50,517 bases of DNA, taken from contig CAZFXX010000001.1 in NCBI GenBank assembly GCA_964522985.1, forward strand, positions 1 to 50,517, given 5' to 3'. Both the position numbers and the translations under genes were made by a program. Numbering within the stretch: the stretch's first letter is position 1; the number at the start of each line of letters is the position of its first letter. The notes beneath the pieces were generated by a model. It was given only the letters and a program-made list of their open reading frames with translations. It was not told the origin of the DNA and did no database searches. Origin of the DNA: an uncultured Desulfobacteraceae bacterium (lineage in GTDB: Bacteria > Desulfobacterota > Desulfobacteria > Desulfobacterales > 4572-123). Of this stretch, positions 29,760-40,286 are shown in pieces.

Positions 29760-30028
29760 ACTCTTTGGCCCTCTTCTCTATAACTTTATATTCTTATTCT
29801 TACGGAATGTGATCTGTTTTTATTACATATTATTCTTTTTTCTAATATCAAATCTTAATAATTAACCATAATATCACAGATGTGTCAAGCTATAAATAAG
29901 AGAAAACACTGTTGGTAATCGATAGTACGTAATCTTGGAAAGCTCCTTTAAAAACGATGAAAACATGAATTGACCATATTATTGCGCCAACCCTAAGCGG
30001 TTTAAATAATCGACCAAAATCCATTGTT

Positions 30029-31567
30029 TTATTGAGCTATTTCCAAAATATCAAATTCTTCCATATGAAACTTGCTGTTTGGATATATAATGATCTGTTT
30101 TCCGATCTGTTTTTCCAATGATATAATAATACTGTTTTCTTCACCATGGAGAAGTTCAGCAATTTCCGGATTTACCCTGAGTGTTAACCTTGCCCCCGCC
30201 ATATCCGCTACTTCACGCATTATCTCCCTTGAAATATTATAACATATTGTCCGTCTAGATACTAGATAACCTTCTCCATCACAGTAAAAACAGGGTTCAC
30301 AAAGAATCCTGGAAAGAGATTTTCTGATACGTTTCCGTGTCATTTGAATCAAACCCAAATCTGAGATTGGAAGTACGTGTGTCCTGCTCCGGTCCTTCTC
30401 AAGGGCCTCTTTTAATGCATTATAGACCTTTTCCCTATTGACGGTTCTTTCCATATCGATAAAATCAATTATGATAATACCGCCAATATCCCGCAATCTT
30501 ATCTGATATGCAATTTCCTTGACAGCTTCGAGATTTGTTTTTAAAATCGTTTCTTCAAGATTATGTTTTCCGACATATCTTCCCGTATTGACATCAATGG
30601 CCACCAAGGCTTCGGTATGTTCTATAACAATATAGCCTCCGGACTTTAACCAAACTTTCTTTTTTATTGCCCTAAAAATATCCCCCTCAAGGTTATAGGC
30701 GTCAAAAATGGGTTCCAGTCCATCATATAGCTCCACTGAGCTTTTAAGATTCGGCATCAATATATCTAAAAATTCCAGAATAGCGTTATATCCTTTTCTT
30801 GAATCTATGACCAGTTTTTCGGCTTCATGCAGAAGCAAATCCCGCACAGCCCTAAGTGTCAAATTTAATTCCTGATGTAAAATCGCAGGTGCCGAGATAG
30901 TCTGGGCCTTTTTTTGAATATTTTGCCACATATTGTTCAAAAACCCCATCTCATAAACAAGCTTGGATTCCGACACCCCCTCTGCGGCGGTTCTCACAAT
31001 ATAACCGTACGGTTCGGTTCTTAAATTCTCAACACATTTTTTTAAACGAGAGCGTTCGTCTTCATCTTCTATCCGCCTCGATACGCCAATATGGTTTGAC
31101 TTTGGCATCAGCACCAAAAATCTGCCTGGCAGGGATATATATGTATTTATTCTCGCACCTTTTGTACCTATGGGCGCTTTTATCACCTGTACCAATATTT
31201 CCTGGCCATCACGGATAAGTTCTTCAATTAGATGATTTTGTGGGGCCGAAATTTTTTGTTCCTCTTTTCCGGAAATATCCTCTAATTCCACTTTATTTAA
31301 AAATTTTTCATACGCCTCACTACTTTCATCGATTATATCATCAACATAAATAAAAGCCGCCTGATTCAATCCGATATCCACGAAAGCGGCCTGCATTCCG
31401 GGCAGTACCCTCTGCACCCTGCCTTTGTATAAATTACCGGCAATATCCGAATCATCATTTCTCTCTATAAATATCTCGGTAATTGTTCCGTCTTCCAGAA
31501 GTGCCATGCGCGTTTCATGGTCTGTGGCGTTTATAACTATTGTTTTATACATTGGGTTTTTTCTCAA
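30029..31567 (-). CDS. rng: Rne/Rng-family ribonuclease (RNase G-like)
   Basis: 512 aa. The N-terminal S1 domain (GNLYKGRVQRVLPGMQAAFVDIG) is followed by the RNase E/G catalytic core (AIDVNTG..., IIIDFIDM). Confidence 0.85.
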   Translation of the reverse strand: MRKNPMYKTIVINATDHETRMALLEDGTITEIFIERNDDSDIAGNLYKGRVQRVLPGMQAAFVDIGLNQAAFIYVDDIIDESSEAYEKFLNKVELEDISGKEEQKISAPQNHLIEELIRDGQEILVQVIKAPIGTKGARINTYISLPGRFLVLMPKSNHIGVSRRIEDEDERSRLKKCVENLRTEPYGYIVRTAAEGVSESKLVYEMGFLNNMWQNIQKKAQTISAPAILHQELNLTLRAVRDLLLHEAEKLVIDSRKGYNAILEFLDILMPNLKSSVELYDGLEPIFDAYNLEGDIFRAIKKKVWLKSGGYIVIEHTEALVAIDVNTGRYVGKHNLEETILKTNLEAVKEIAYQIRLRDIGGIIIIDFIDMERTVNREKVYNALKEALEKDRSRTHVLPISDLGLIQMTRKRIRKSLSRILCEPCFYCDGEGYLVSRRTICYNISREIMREVADMAGARLTLRVNPEIAELLHGEENSIIISLEKQIGKQIIIYPNSKFHMEEFDILEIAQ

Positions 31568-34094
31568 TTTCGTCGGTTACCATGTATTTGCTTGACACTT
31601 TCAATACTCTGACGCTTTTGCATTCCATTTCAGAAAGGGTGAAAATTTTTTTAATTATATCACCGGGCCTGGCTGATTTCCCTGTCACCTTTCTAATTTT
31701 CAGCGTTAACCTGTTTGAATTTTCAGCATCAATCTCTATTACTATATCTTTTAAGTTTATTTTTTTCAACTTCCCTTTTTTACTAAATTTGGTAATGGTC
31801 ACGGATTTTTCAGCAATAAAGCGATCAAGGGCATCTTTCTTAAAAATATCATCCTCGCTGTTTATTAAATAATCCGTTATTTCAATTTGTTTTCTTTTTA
31901 CCTTACGTGGTTCAACTTCGCAGTCTTTTAATATCAGACCTTCCGGCAGCTCCGCATTTATCGATCGAATCAGTGTAGCGGATTTGATCGATCCGGGTAC
32001 GGTTAAATAGAATTTTTCATAAAGACTTTCGGTACCGATCGGCAAGGGGTCTTCAAAGCTTATCTTAGGCAGCGGATGAAAACCGTTAGAATACTTCACG
32101 GCGATTCCTGCACGCCTTACGGCTCTCAAAATGATATTAACCATCTCAAGATGACCAAAAAATCGAGCCATGCCTGTTTTTGAATAGACTATTTTCAGTC
32201 TTTTAAAAACCGCATCATCTTTTTTATTATTTAATTTAAAGGTGTCCTTTTTTATATTGTCACAGTTAAAGACCTGCGGCCTTATACTTTTAAAATCACA
32301 AACCCCACATTGATCGCATTTTCCCCAGCGGCAGTCATCCGTTATACCGCCTTTGTCGGCCTTTTGGCGCTCATTTATTAAATAATCTTTTGTCACACCA
32401 ATATCGATATGGTTCCAGGGCAATGGCTCATTCAGGGCCCTGGGCCTTGTCGTAAAAAAATTCATATCTATCATAGCGTCAGCAGCCGCTTCTTGCCATA
32501 ACTGAAAATTGAACTGGTCACTCCACCCGTCAAACCGGCACCCTTTTTCATACGCCGTTTCCAACAATTCTGAAAGTCGACGGTCTCCTCTGGACCACAG
32601 CCCTTCGATTAAACTAACCTTGGGGTCTTGCCATTTGACATGAATTCCAGGCATTTTTAGCCAAGACTTTAGTTTTTTTATTTTATCTATAGATTCTTCC
32701 AATGAAATCTGGGAAAACCATTGAAAAGGGGTATGCGGTTTAGGTATCATGGTTGTTATGCTGACATTAATCCTGGCCTGGTATTTACCCGATCCCCCTT
32801 TTTTCCGTAATTTATTCACAAGATCAACGATCTCGTGCAAATCCTCCTTGGTTTCGGTCGGCAGTCCAATCATAAAGTACAACTTGATAAGGCGCCATCC
32901 CATTTGGAAAGCATCACTTACGGTATCGCATATTTCCTGTTCACTTATGTTTTTGTTGATGACATTCCGTAACCGCTGACTCCCGGCTTCGGGGGCAATC
33001 GTAAAACCTGTTTTTCTAACCTTTTTAATCTGCTTCATTAATTCCGATGTCATAGTACCGGCTCTTAGGGACGGCAAAGAAACGGCGATATGGTCCCCCT
33101 CACAGCGCTGCATAAGCGCTTGCATCAGTTCTCCAACGGCTGTATAATCTCCCGTGCTTAGTGATAAAAGAGAAATTTCATCATACCCTGTAGATGACAA
33201 CGATTTCATCGCCAGATTCATCAAATTATCAACCGATCTCTCCCTTACAGGGCGATATATCATACCAGCCTGGCAAAAACGACACCCCCGGGTACACCCC
33301 CGGGCTATTTCCAGACGCAATCTGTCGTGCACCGGTTTGCCAAAAGGAACAACGGGTGCATCCGGAAAAGGGGCTTTATTTAAATCGGTTAATATCGCTT
33401 TTTTTACACTAAAATAATCTTTTTTCAACGGTTTCAGTATTTGAAACCCTTTTGTATTAAACTCGGGACTAAAAAAAGAGGGGATATATACCCCCTCCAG
33501 CGCAGACCACATTTCAAACAATCTTTCTTTACCGGTATTCTCTTTTTTTTTCCACTTCTGCCAAAGCCGTATCATCTCCATGATTACATCTTCGCCGTCT
33601 CCGATTACCATCGCATCAAAAAAGTCCGCCACGGGTTCAGGATTACACGTACAGGGACCACCGGCAATTATTAAAGGAAATGAATCATCTCTTTGAGCGG
33701 CCCGAAACGGAATTCCGGCCAGATCCAGCATCAAAAGAACATTTGTATAATTCAGCTCATATAACAAACTGAAACCGACAATATCGAATTTATCCAGCGG
33801 AATACCTGTTTCCAGTGAAGCCAGCGATACTTTAAATTTTCTGAGGTAAGCTGCCATATCATTGCGAGGTGCAAAAACTCTTTCCGCAATACAATCAGCG
33901 TTACTATTGATAATATGGTATAAAATCTGAATTCCGAAATGAGATGTCCCAAGTTCATAAAGATCCGGAAATGCCAGTGCTATTTTATGTCTACCCCGGG
34001 CCTGTTCCTTTTTTTTTGTATTCACTTCAGAACCCAGATAGAGACTTGGTTTTTCAACCAGAGGCAAAATATCCTTCATTTTTTTAATACTCAT
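31545..34094 (-). CDS. B12-binding-like radical SAM protein fused to a radical-SAM-associated (DUF2344-like) C-terminal domain
   Basis: 849 aa. The ARGCTRGCRFCQAG cluster is present. The architecture and position directly upstream of an Rne/Rng gene match my recollection of the TIGR03960 + TIGR03936 families. It overlaps rng by 23 nt. Confidence 0.8.
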   Translation of the reverse strand: MSIKKMKDILPLVEKPSLYLGSEVNTKKKEQARGRHKIALAFPDLYELGTSHFGIQILYHIINSNADCIAERVFAPRNDMAAYLRKFKVSLASLETGIPLDKFDIVGFSLLYELNYTNVLLMLDLAGIPFRAAQRDDSFPLIIAGGPCTCNPEPVADFFDAMVIGDGEDVIMEMIRLWQKWKKKENTGKERLFEMWSALEGVYIPSFFSPEFNTKGFQILKPLKKDYFSVKKAILTDLNKAPFPDAPVVPFGKPVHDRLRLEIARGCTRGCRFCQAGMIYRPVRERSVDNLMNLAMKSLSSTGYDEISLLSLSTGDYTAVGELMQALMQRCEGDHIAVSLPSLRAGTMTSELMKQIKKVRKTGFTIAPEAGSQRLRNVINKNISEQEICDTVSDAFQMGWRLIKLYFMIGLPTETKEDLHEIVDLVNKLRKKGGSGKYQARINVSITTMIPKPHTPFQWFSQISLEESIDKIKKLKSWLKMPGIHVKWQDPKVSLIEGLWSRGDRRLSELLETAYEKGCRFDGWSDQFNFQLWQEAAADAMIDMNFFTTRPRALNEPLPWNHIDIGVTKDYLINERQKADKGGITDDCRWGKCDQCGVCDFKSIRPQVFNCDNIKKDTFKLNNKKDDAVFKRLKIVYSKTGMARFFGHLEMVNIILRAVRRAGIAVKYSNGFHPLPKISFEDPLPIGTESLYEKFYLTVPGSIKSATLIRSINAELPEGLILKDCEVEPRKVKRKQIEITDYLINSEDDIFKKDALDRFIAEKSVTITKFSKKGKLKKINLKDIVIEIDAENSNRLTLKIRKVTGKSARPGDIIKKIFTLSEMECKSVRVLKVSSKYMVTDEIEKKPNV

Positions 34095-34432
34095 TATTTA
34101 TTAGTTTACACTCCTCTTATCATTTTTTCATCCTCGTTTTAAAATATTGAATATATGATTGTTCTCTTATACTCATGTTTTAAAAGGCTTTACAAAGTTT
34201 TTATCATAACCGGCCAACTTCCGCCGGTAAACGAAAAATAAAAATACGCTACTTTTTTTCACATCCCCTGTCTCACAATTAAATTTTATTAGGGTTGACC
34301 GGATCACCTCAATAATTGTATTATTTTTCATAACATCCATGCCTTTCGGGTAAAACAAGGCATGAATGTTATTCGCACTGCTCAAAACGCATATATCACT
34401 ACTTTCATATAAATATCAGGAGTAAAATAATT

Positions 34433-35815
34433 ATGAAGCGAATTAAAGTCGTAAACGTATTAAAAAAAAATAATCCTGTGGGAAAAGTGCTTATAAAAGG
34501 CTGGGTCAGGACCATCAGGAATTCAAAAGGGTTTAGTTTTATCGAGGTAAATGACGGTTCATGTTTAAAAAATATTCAGATAGTTGCGGATAATTTACTT
34601 CAAAACTATCAATATATAGAAAAAATAAATACCGGTTCGGCCGTAGCGGTTTCCGGCAGCCTGGTGTCCTCTCCGGGCGGTGGTCAAAAATGGGAAATAA
34701 TAGCTAAAAACATTGATATTCTCAGTTCCGCGACCGAAGATTACCCGCTTCAGAAAAAACGCCACAGTGATGAATTTTTAAGAACAATCGCTCATCTAAG
34801 GCCGCGCACCAATAAATATGGCGCAGCTTTTCGAATAAGATCCGAACTTGCATTTGCCATTCATGCTTTTTTCAGGAAAGAGGGCTTTTTTTATATCCAC
34901 ACACCTATTTTAACCGGGTCTGATTGCGAAGGTGCCGGTGAACTTTTCCAGGTAACCTCCCTCGATCTCCAGAATATCGTTAAAAAAAATAACAAAGTGG
35001 ATTATACCAACGATTTTTTTGGAAAGCTTGCCAACCTAACCGTATCCGGCCAATTATCCGCTGAAATGTTTTCCCTGGCCTTAGGAGATGTTTATACCTT
35101 TGGCCCCACCTTCAGGGCTGAAAATTCCAACACCCGCCGTCACGTAGCCGAATTCTGGATGGTTGAGCCGGAGATGGCTTTCTGTGATCTTACAGGCAAT
35201 ATGGACATAGGCGAAAAATTGATAAAAACCACCGTATCTCATGTTTTAAAAAATTGCGAAGATGATATTTCCCTTTTTACCCGGTTTGTCGATAAGAAAC
35301 TTGATAAAACCCTTAAAAATATTATCGATTCCGATTTTATCAGAATTACGTATGACGAGGCGATCCGTATCTTAAAAAAATCTAAAAGAAACTTCGAGTA
35401 CCCGGTATCCAGGGGGAAAGACCTTCAGTCCGAGCATGAATGCTTTTTGACAGAGCATTATTTTAAAAAACCGGTTATTCTTATCGATTATCCAAAGAAT
35501 ATAAAGCCTTTTTACATGAGGGTCAATGATGACAACAAGACAGTTGCCGCCATGGATATACTGGTCCCAAAAATCGGTGAAATCATCGGGGGCAGCCAGC
35601 GCGAGGAACGCCTCTCTTTTATTGAGAACAGAATGACGGAAACCGGTTTATCAAAAGAGGCATATTGGTGGTATCTTGATTCAAGACGTTATGGGTCCGT
35701 GGCGCACAGCGGATTTGGATTGGGATTTGAAAGGCTTCTCATGCTGGTAACAGGTATATCAAACATCCGGGATGTTATCCCTTTCCCACGCACACCCAAT
35801 TCCATAGAATTCTGA
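34433..35815 (+). CDS. asnS: Asparagine--tRNA ligase
   Basis: 460 aa. It has an N-terminal OB anticodon-binding domain. Class II motifs are FRAENSNTRRHVAEFWMVEPE and GFGLGFERL. Confidence 0.93.
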   Translation: MKRIKVVNVLKKNNPVGKVLIKGWVRTIRNSKGFSFIEVNDGSCLKNIQIVADNLLQNYQYIEKINTGSAVAVSGSLVSSPGGGQKWEIIAKNIDILSSATEDYPLQKKRHSDEFLRTIAHLRPRTNKYGAAFRIRSELAFAIHAFFRKEGFFYIHTPILTGSDCEGAGELFQVTSLDLQNIVKKNNKVDYTNDFFGKLANLTVSGQLSAEMFSLALGDVYTFGPTFRAENSNTRRHVAEFWMVEPEMAFCDLTGNMDIGEKLIKTTVSHVLKNCEDDISLFTRFVDKKLDKTLKNIIDSDFIRITYDEAIRILKKSKRNFEYPVSRGKDLQSEHECFLTEHYFKKPVILIDYPKNIKPFYMRVNDDNKTVAAMDILVPKIGEIIGGSQREERLSFIENRMTETGLSKEAYWWYLDSRRYGSVAHSGFGLGFERLLMLVTGISNIRDVIPFPRTPNSIEF

Positions 35816-35895
35816 GGGCCGGCTCATCTGAATTAAGCATCAAAAAAAGCCAATTCATCACTTTCCGATTCGGCCTTTTCCGATTCAGGTTTTCG

Positions 35896-38331
35896 TTATA
35901 TATCAAGCGTACTTACTTCGAGGGCATTATTGTAAATAAACTCTCTACGAGGTTCCACTTCATCTCCCATCAGAACGGTAAAAATATCATCGGTTCCCAC
36001 AGCATCTTTAACTCTTACCTGTAAAAGATTCCTTTTTTCCGGATTCATTGTGGTTTCCCAGAGTTGATTCGGATTCATTTCACCCAGACCCTTATACCGC
36101 TGGATACTTACCCCTCTTTTTCCCACTTCCATCATATATTCTAAAAATTTTCTTTTATTTTCTATGATATCCTCATTTTTTTCTTTGTTATCATCTATAT
36201 TTCTAACTTTAAAAGGTGGCTTATTAAATTTTTCTATTTTTTCCGCCAAAATTAGGCATTTTTGAAAATCTTTCGAATATATCAACCTTTTTCCAATCGT
36301 AACGGCTCTTGAATCCTGCCCCCTTTCATCGGGCCGGATTTGTTCTTCTTCCATTTTTTCAACCATTAACTCAAAAATATTCAAACCACTGTTCCACGAA
36401 AGTACCCCTGTTTCATATCTTTTTTGGGTTAATTTTTCCCTCAGTTTATTCATTTTGTCTCTATCCTGAAGAAAGTACTTGTCCTTTGCTTTTTCAGCGA
36501 TCAGCAATTCTATCAGGGTATTGTCAAATCCCATTTTTTCAAGTCTTAAAATTGTCGAATAGTATTCATAAAGATCTTCTAAAAAAAGGGCCATGTCATA
36601 GTCTGATACAATCTTACCATCGTTCAGAATTATTTTTTTTAAGCTACAGACTCTGTTAATAATATATTCGCTCAGCCCCATTTCATCTTTCAGGTATATT
36701 TCATTTTTTTTTCCTTTACCGACCTTTAAAAGGGGCGGTTGAGCCACATATAAATACCCTTTATCAATGAGTTCGGGCATCTGACGATAAAAAAAGGTTA
36801 AAAGAAGTGTTCGGATATGGGAGCCATCGACATCGGCATCGGTCATTATGATTACTTTGTGATATCTTATTTTTTCAATATTATACTCTTCCTTGCCCAC
36901 ACCGGTTCCAAGGGCTGTAATAAGATTTCTGATCTCCTCGCTGCGTAGCAGTTTATCAAAACGCGCTTTTTCAACATTTAATATTTTTCCCCTGAGAGGC
37001 AAAATTGCCTGAAATTTTCTATCTCTTCCCTGTTTTGCACTACCGCCGGCCGAATCTCCCTCAACTATAAAAATTTCTCTTTTCTCGGGTTCGGAAAATT
37101 GACAATCGGCCAGCTTTCCAGGCAGGGTTGAATCAATCAAAGATCCTTTATTACGGGCTAAATCACGTGCCCTGCGGGCAGCGTCTCTGGCTCTTGCAGC
37201 CTCGACTGCTTTGAAAATTATTTTTTTTATAATGGCCGGATTTTCTTCAAAAAATATACCCAGCTTGTCGTTGATCAGAGACTCTACAAGACCTTTCACC
37301 TCGCTGTTACCGAGTTTTGTCTTGGTTTGACCTTCAAATTGAGGGGATTTTATCCTAACGCTTATAATCGCTGTAAGTCCTTCCCTTACATCATCACCGC
37401 TTATTTTGACCTGCATGTTCTTGGGAAGATTGCCGTTGGCGCAATAGTTATTAATGGTCCTTGTCAGTCCGGCTTTAAATCCGATGAGATGAAATCCACC
37501 TTCTACCGTATTTATATTGTTGGCAAATGAAAATATTTTTTCTTTATATGTATTATTATACTGAATCGCCACTTCAACCTGAACATCGTTTTTATCACCC
37601 TCTATTATAATAGGCTCGTGCAGTGGGTTATTGAGTCTGTTCAGATATTCCACAAAAGAGAAAAGCCCACCTTCATAATGAAAAGTGTCTTTTTGGTCCG
37701 AACGTTCATCCTCTATTTTTATGGTTACGCCCTTATTTAAAAAAGCCAACTCCCTTACCCGGCGGCTTAATATTTCATAGCTGTATTCCACTTTATTAAA
37801 TATATCTTCATCCGGGAAAAAATGTATCTTAGTGCCTCTTTTTTTCGTTTTGCCAATTATTGTCAGCTCATCTTGTTTAGTTCCTTTTTTATAAACCTGG
37901 TGGTATATTTTATTGTTTAAATAAATTTCGACTTCAAGGTAACTGGCCAGTGCATTCACAACCGAGACACCAACACCGTGGAGTCCGCCCGACACTTTAT
38001 AACTATCGTTATCAAACTTGCCGCCGGCATGCAATTTGGTTAAAACAACTTCAACTGCCGGAATATTTTCTGTCTTATGAATACCAATCGGAATTCCCCG
38101 GCCGTTATCCTCAACACTGATACTGTTATCCGGATGAACCGTTACTTGAATAGTATCGCAAAATCCGGCCATGGCTTCATCTATACTGTTATCAACAACC
38201 TCATACACAAGATGATGAAGGCCTTCTACATCTACATTTCCAATATACATTGAAGGCCTTAACCTTACAGGTTCAAGACCTTCAAGAACATCTATACTGC
38301 TTGCATCATAATTATTTTCAATATTTTCCAT
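35896..38331 (-). CDS. gyrB: DNA gyrase subunit B
   Basis: 811 aa. Motifs are GLHHLVYEVVDNSIDE, EGDSAGGS and PLRGKILNVE. The C-terminus is ...ALEVSTLDI. The start overlaps the dnaN stop (TAATG). Confidence 0.97.
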   Translation of the reverse strand: MENIENNYDASSIDVLEGLEPVRLRPSMYIGNVDVEGLHHLVYEVVDNSIDEAMAGFCDTIQVTVHPDNSISVEDNGRGIPIGIHKTENIPAVEVVLTKLHAGGKFDNDSYKVSGGLHGVGVSVVNALASYLEVEIYLNNKIYHQVYKKGTKQDELTIIGKTKKRGTKIHFFPDEDIFNKVEYSYEILSRRVRELAFLNKGVTIKIEDERSDQKDTFHYEGGLFSFVEYLNRLNNPLHEPIIIEGDKNDVQVEVAIQYNNTYKEKIFSFANNINTVEGGFHLIGFKAGLTRTINNYCANGNLPKNMQVKISGDDVREGLTAIISVRIKSPQFEGQTKTKLGNSEVKGLVESLINDKLGIFFEENPAIIKKIIFKAVEAARARDAARRARDLARNKGSLIDSTLPGKLADCQFSEPEKREIFIVEGDSAGGSAKQGRDRKFQAILPLRGKILNVEKARFDKLLRSEEIRNLITALGTGVGKEEYNIEKIRYHKVIIMTDADVDGSHIRTLLLTFFYRQMPELIDKGYLYVAQPPLLKVGKGKKNEIYLKDEMGLSEYIINRVCSLKKIILNDGKIVSDYDMALFLEDLYEYYSTILRLEKMGFDNTLIELLIAEKAKDKYFLQDRDKMNKLREKLTQKRYETGVLSWNSGLNIFELMVEKMEEEQIRPDERGQDSRAVTIGKRLIYSKDFQKCLILAEKIEKFNKPPFKVRNIDDNKEKNEDIIENKRKFLEYMMEVGKRGVSIQRYKGLGEMNPNQLWETTMNPEKRNLLQVRVKDAVGTDDIFTVLMGDEVEPRREFIYNNALEVSTLDI

Positions 38332-39449
38332 TATATTCTCATCGGCATTATTACACTTATAAAATTTTTATTATCCATCCCTTCAAGTAAACAGGGACTT
38401 TCATTATCCTTAATATAAAGAACTACAGTATCGCCATTAATCAAACCAAGGGTATCTATAAAATATTTTGGATTAAAGGCTGCCTCAATCACATCTCTGT
38501 TGAAGTTTATAACCATATCCTCTTTTGATTCACCTATATCGGGATTGGTTGCCGTTATGGTAAGGGTATCATTTTTAAAACTGAATATGGCACTCTTGTA
38601 TTCATCTGAAAATAAAATAGACATTCTTTTAAGCATCATTATAAAAAGTTTTATGTCTATTTCTAATATATTTTCATCTTTTTTTTCAATGACATCGGCA
38701 TACTCGGGAAAATCGCCTTCAAGAAGCCTTACAATAATGGTTTCTCTGTCTTTTTTTATGATCAGTTTATCATCTTTGTTTCCTATCTTCACCATCCCGT
38801 CTCTATTCAGGAACTTGGCAACTTCGGACAATCCTTTTTTGGGGATAATAATATTTTCCGCCGTTTGAAACTCAGCATCTTCAGGAACAATATACTCATC
38901 TTTGTTAAGACGGCTGCCGTCCGTCGAAACCATTCGAACAATTTTTTTACCATTTTTTTCTTTTCTTTCAAACAAAATACCGGTCAAATGAGCTCTTTTT
39001 TCATCAGATGGGCTACTTATAATAACTGTATTTTCGATCATTTTTTTTAATACACCGGAATCTATATCAATAAAGCTAACTTCGTCAAAAAACGGGCTTT
39101 CAGGAAAATCATCGGGATTCATTCCTACAATATTATAAAGAACTTTTCCCTCACCTATTTCTATCCAATTATTTTCCACTTCATTGATTAGAATATTATC
39201 GGTTGGAAAATCTTTAATAATTTCATAAAATTTTCTTGCATTAATGGCAATGAGGCCGTCTGTTTCAATTTTGGCAGGATAAAATCCTTCAAAACCGGTT
39301 TCCAGATCCGTTGCTATAATCGCAATACCGGTATCAGTTGATCTAATTAATACATTTTCAGTTATTATAAGATTACTTTTTCTACCAGTTAAGCCTTGAA
39401 TTTTAGAAAGGACATCCAGTATATCATTTTTGTTAACGTTAAATTTCAT
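38331..39449 (-). CDS. dnaN: DNA polymerase III beta sliding clamp
   Basis: 372 aa, three-domain clamp length, immediately upstream of gyrB. The C-terminus is ...VIMPMRI. Confidence 0.93.
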   Translation of the reverse strand: MKFNVNKNDILDVLSKIQGLTGRKSNLIITENVLIRSTDTGIAIIATDLETGFEGFYPAKIETDGLIAINARKFYEIIKDFPTDNILINEVENNWIEIGEGKVLYNIVGMNPDDFPESPFFDEVSFIDIDSGVLKKMIENTVIISSPSDEKRAHLTGILFERKEKNGKKIVRMVSTDGSRLNKDEYIVPEDAEFQTAENIIIPKKGLSEVAKFLNRDGMVKIGNKDDKLIIKKDRETIIVRLLEGDFPEYADVIEKKDENILEIDIKLFIMMLKRMSILFSDEYKSAIFSFKNDTLTITATNPDIGESKEDMVINFNRDVIEAAFNPKYFIDTLGLINGDTVVLYIKDNESPCLLEGMDNKNFISVIMPMRI

Positions 39450-39746
39450 TTTTTATTCCTTATAATTTATATATTTATATTTAAATCATTATCATAAAGC
39501 TTGTTGATAACCATAATAACTATCATAACATATTTATATAATTATAAATCGTTTATACAAAAATAAGCATTAAAAAAATATAAAATGGTTAAACAGGACC
39601 AGTTTTTTTATAAATAGTTTTTTTGTTTATAAGTAGTGAATTATTGACAACATATCAATATCAATCTGTTTAAAAAAGTTTAATAAGTGAGGGTACAAAC
39701 AGATTTAATTCGTTATAAAATTTTTACGAATAGTTAGATTAAAATA
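39450..39746. other. Candidate replication-origin / DNA-unwinding region (extremely AT-rich, upstream of dnaN)
   Basis: About 300 bp of roughly 80% A+T. It holds one 8/9 DnaA-box match (TGTTGATAA, 39502-39510) and several 7/9 matches. No dnaA gene is adjacent. Confidence 0.3.
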
Positions 39747-40283
39747 TCAATTTTTCAAACCGGACTGAATCCATTTATTGATAGCTGGTATAAAATCTGC
39801 TTTCCATTCCGGTTGAAGTCTTATATTAATAAAAATTTTAAAAAGAGCGTCTATGATATTGGAAACTTTTTCAAACAGAAAAAGTTTTTCAAGAACCAAT
39901 CCCTCTACTTGATCATCTGATTCAAACACCCCGATATCGGGGTGTTTGAGGCCTGAAAAACTAAGGTTTTCGCCTTTTATACTGAATTTCCATTCCTGAT
40001 TACCAACTTTGTAAATCAAATTAAGCTCAGTAACCAGCGCCCCTTTTTTTAAAGAAAGGATACCCTCTTCTAAACCGGCATCGTCTCCCTTGATAGTGAT
40101 ACTTTCAACCGTGTCATTTATCCTGTTTTCCAGAACAATACGATTGCCTATCTCAATTAAAAAAGGTTCTTTATCCGGAGTGATGAATCGATTACGGTCT
40201 TTTTCCATTGAAAACCATAACCATGTTAAAAACTCATCTCCTAAAAACTTATAACGATTATACGCAACAGATATATCCAGCAT
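39747..40283 (-). CDS. RdgC-like protein, C-terminal-half homolog
   Basis: 178 aa. FLGDEFLTWLWF and the following beta-rich segment and C-terminal helix line up with my recollection of the C-terminal ~110 residues of E. coli RdgC. Its ATG is one codon after the TAG of the upstream ORF, in the same frame. Confidence 0.55.
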   Translation of the reverse strand: MLDISVAYNRYKFLGDEFLTWLWFSMEKDRNRFITPDKEPFLIEIGNRIVLENRINDTVESITIKGDDAGLEEGILSLKKGALVTELNLIYKVGNQEWKFSIKGENLSFSGLKHPDIGVFESDDQVEGLVLEKLFLFEKVSNIIDALFKIFINIRLQPEWKADFIPAINKWIQSGLKN

Positions 40284-40286
40284 TGA

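Noticed and set aside
34173-34385. A 70-aa ORF between the radical SAM gene and asnS
   Set aside because: It lies in an AT-rich divergent promoter region, with no RBS or family signal. It is likely spurious.
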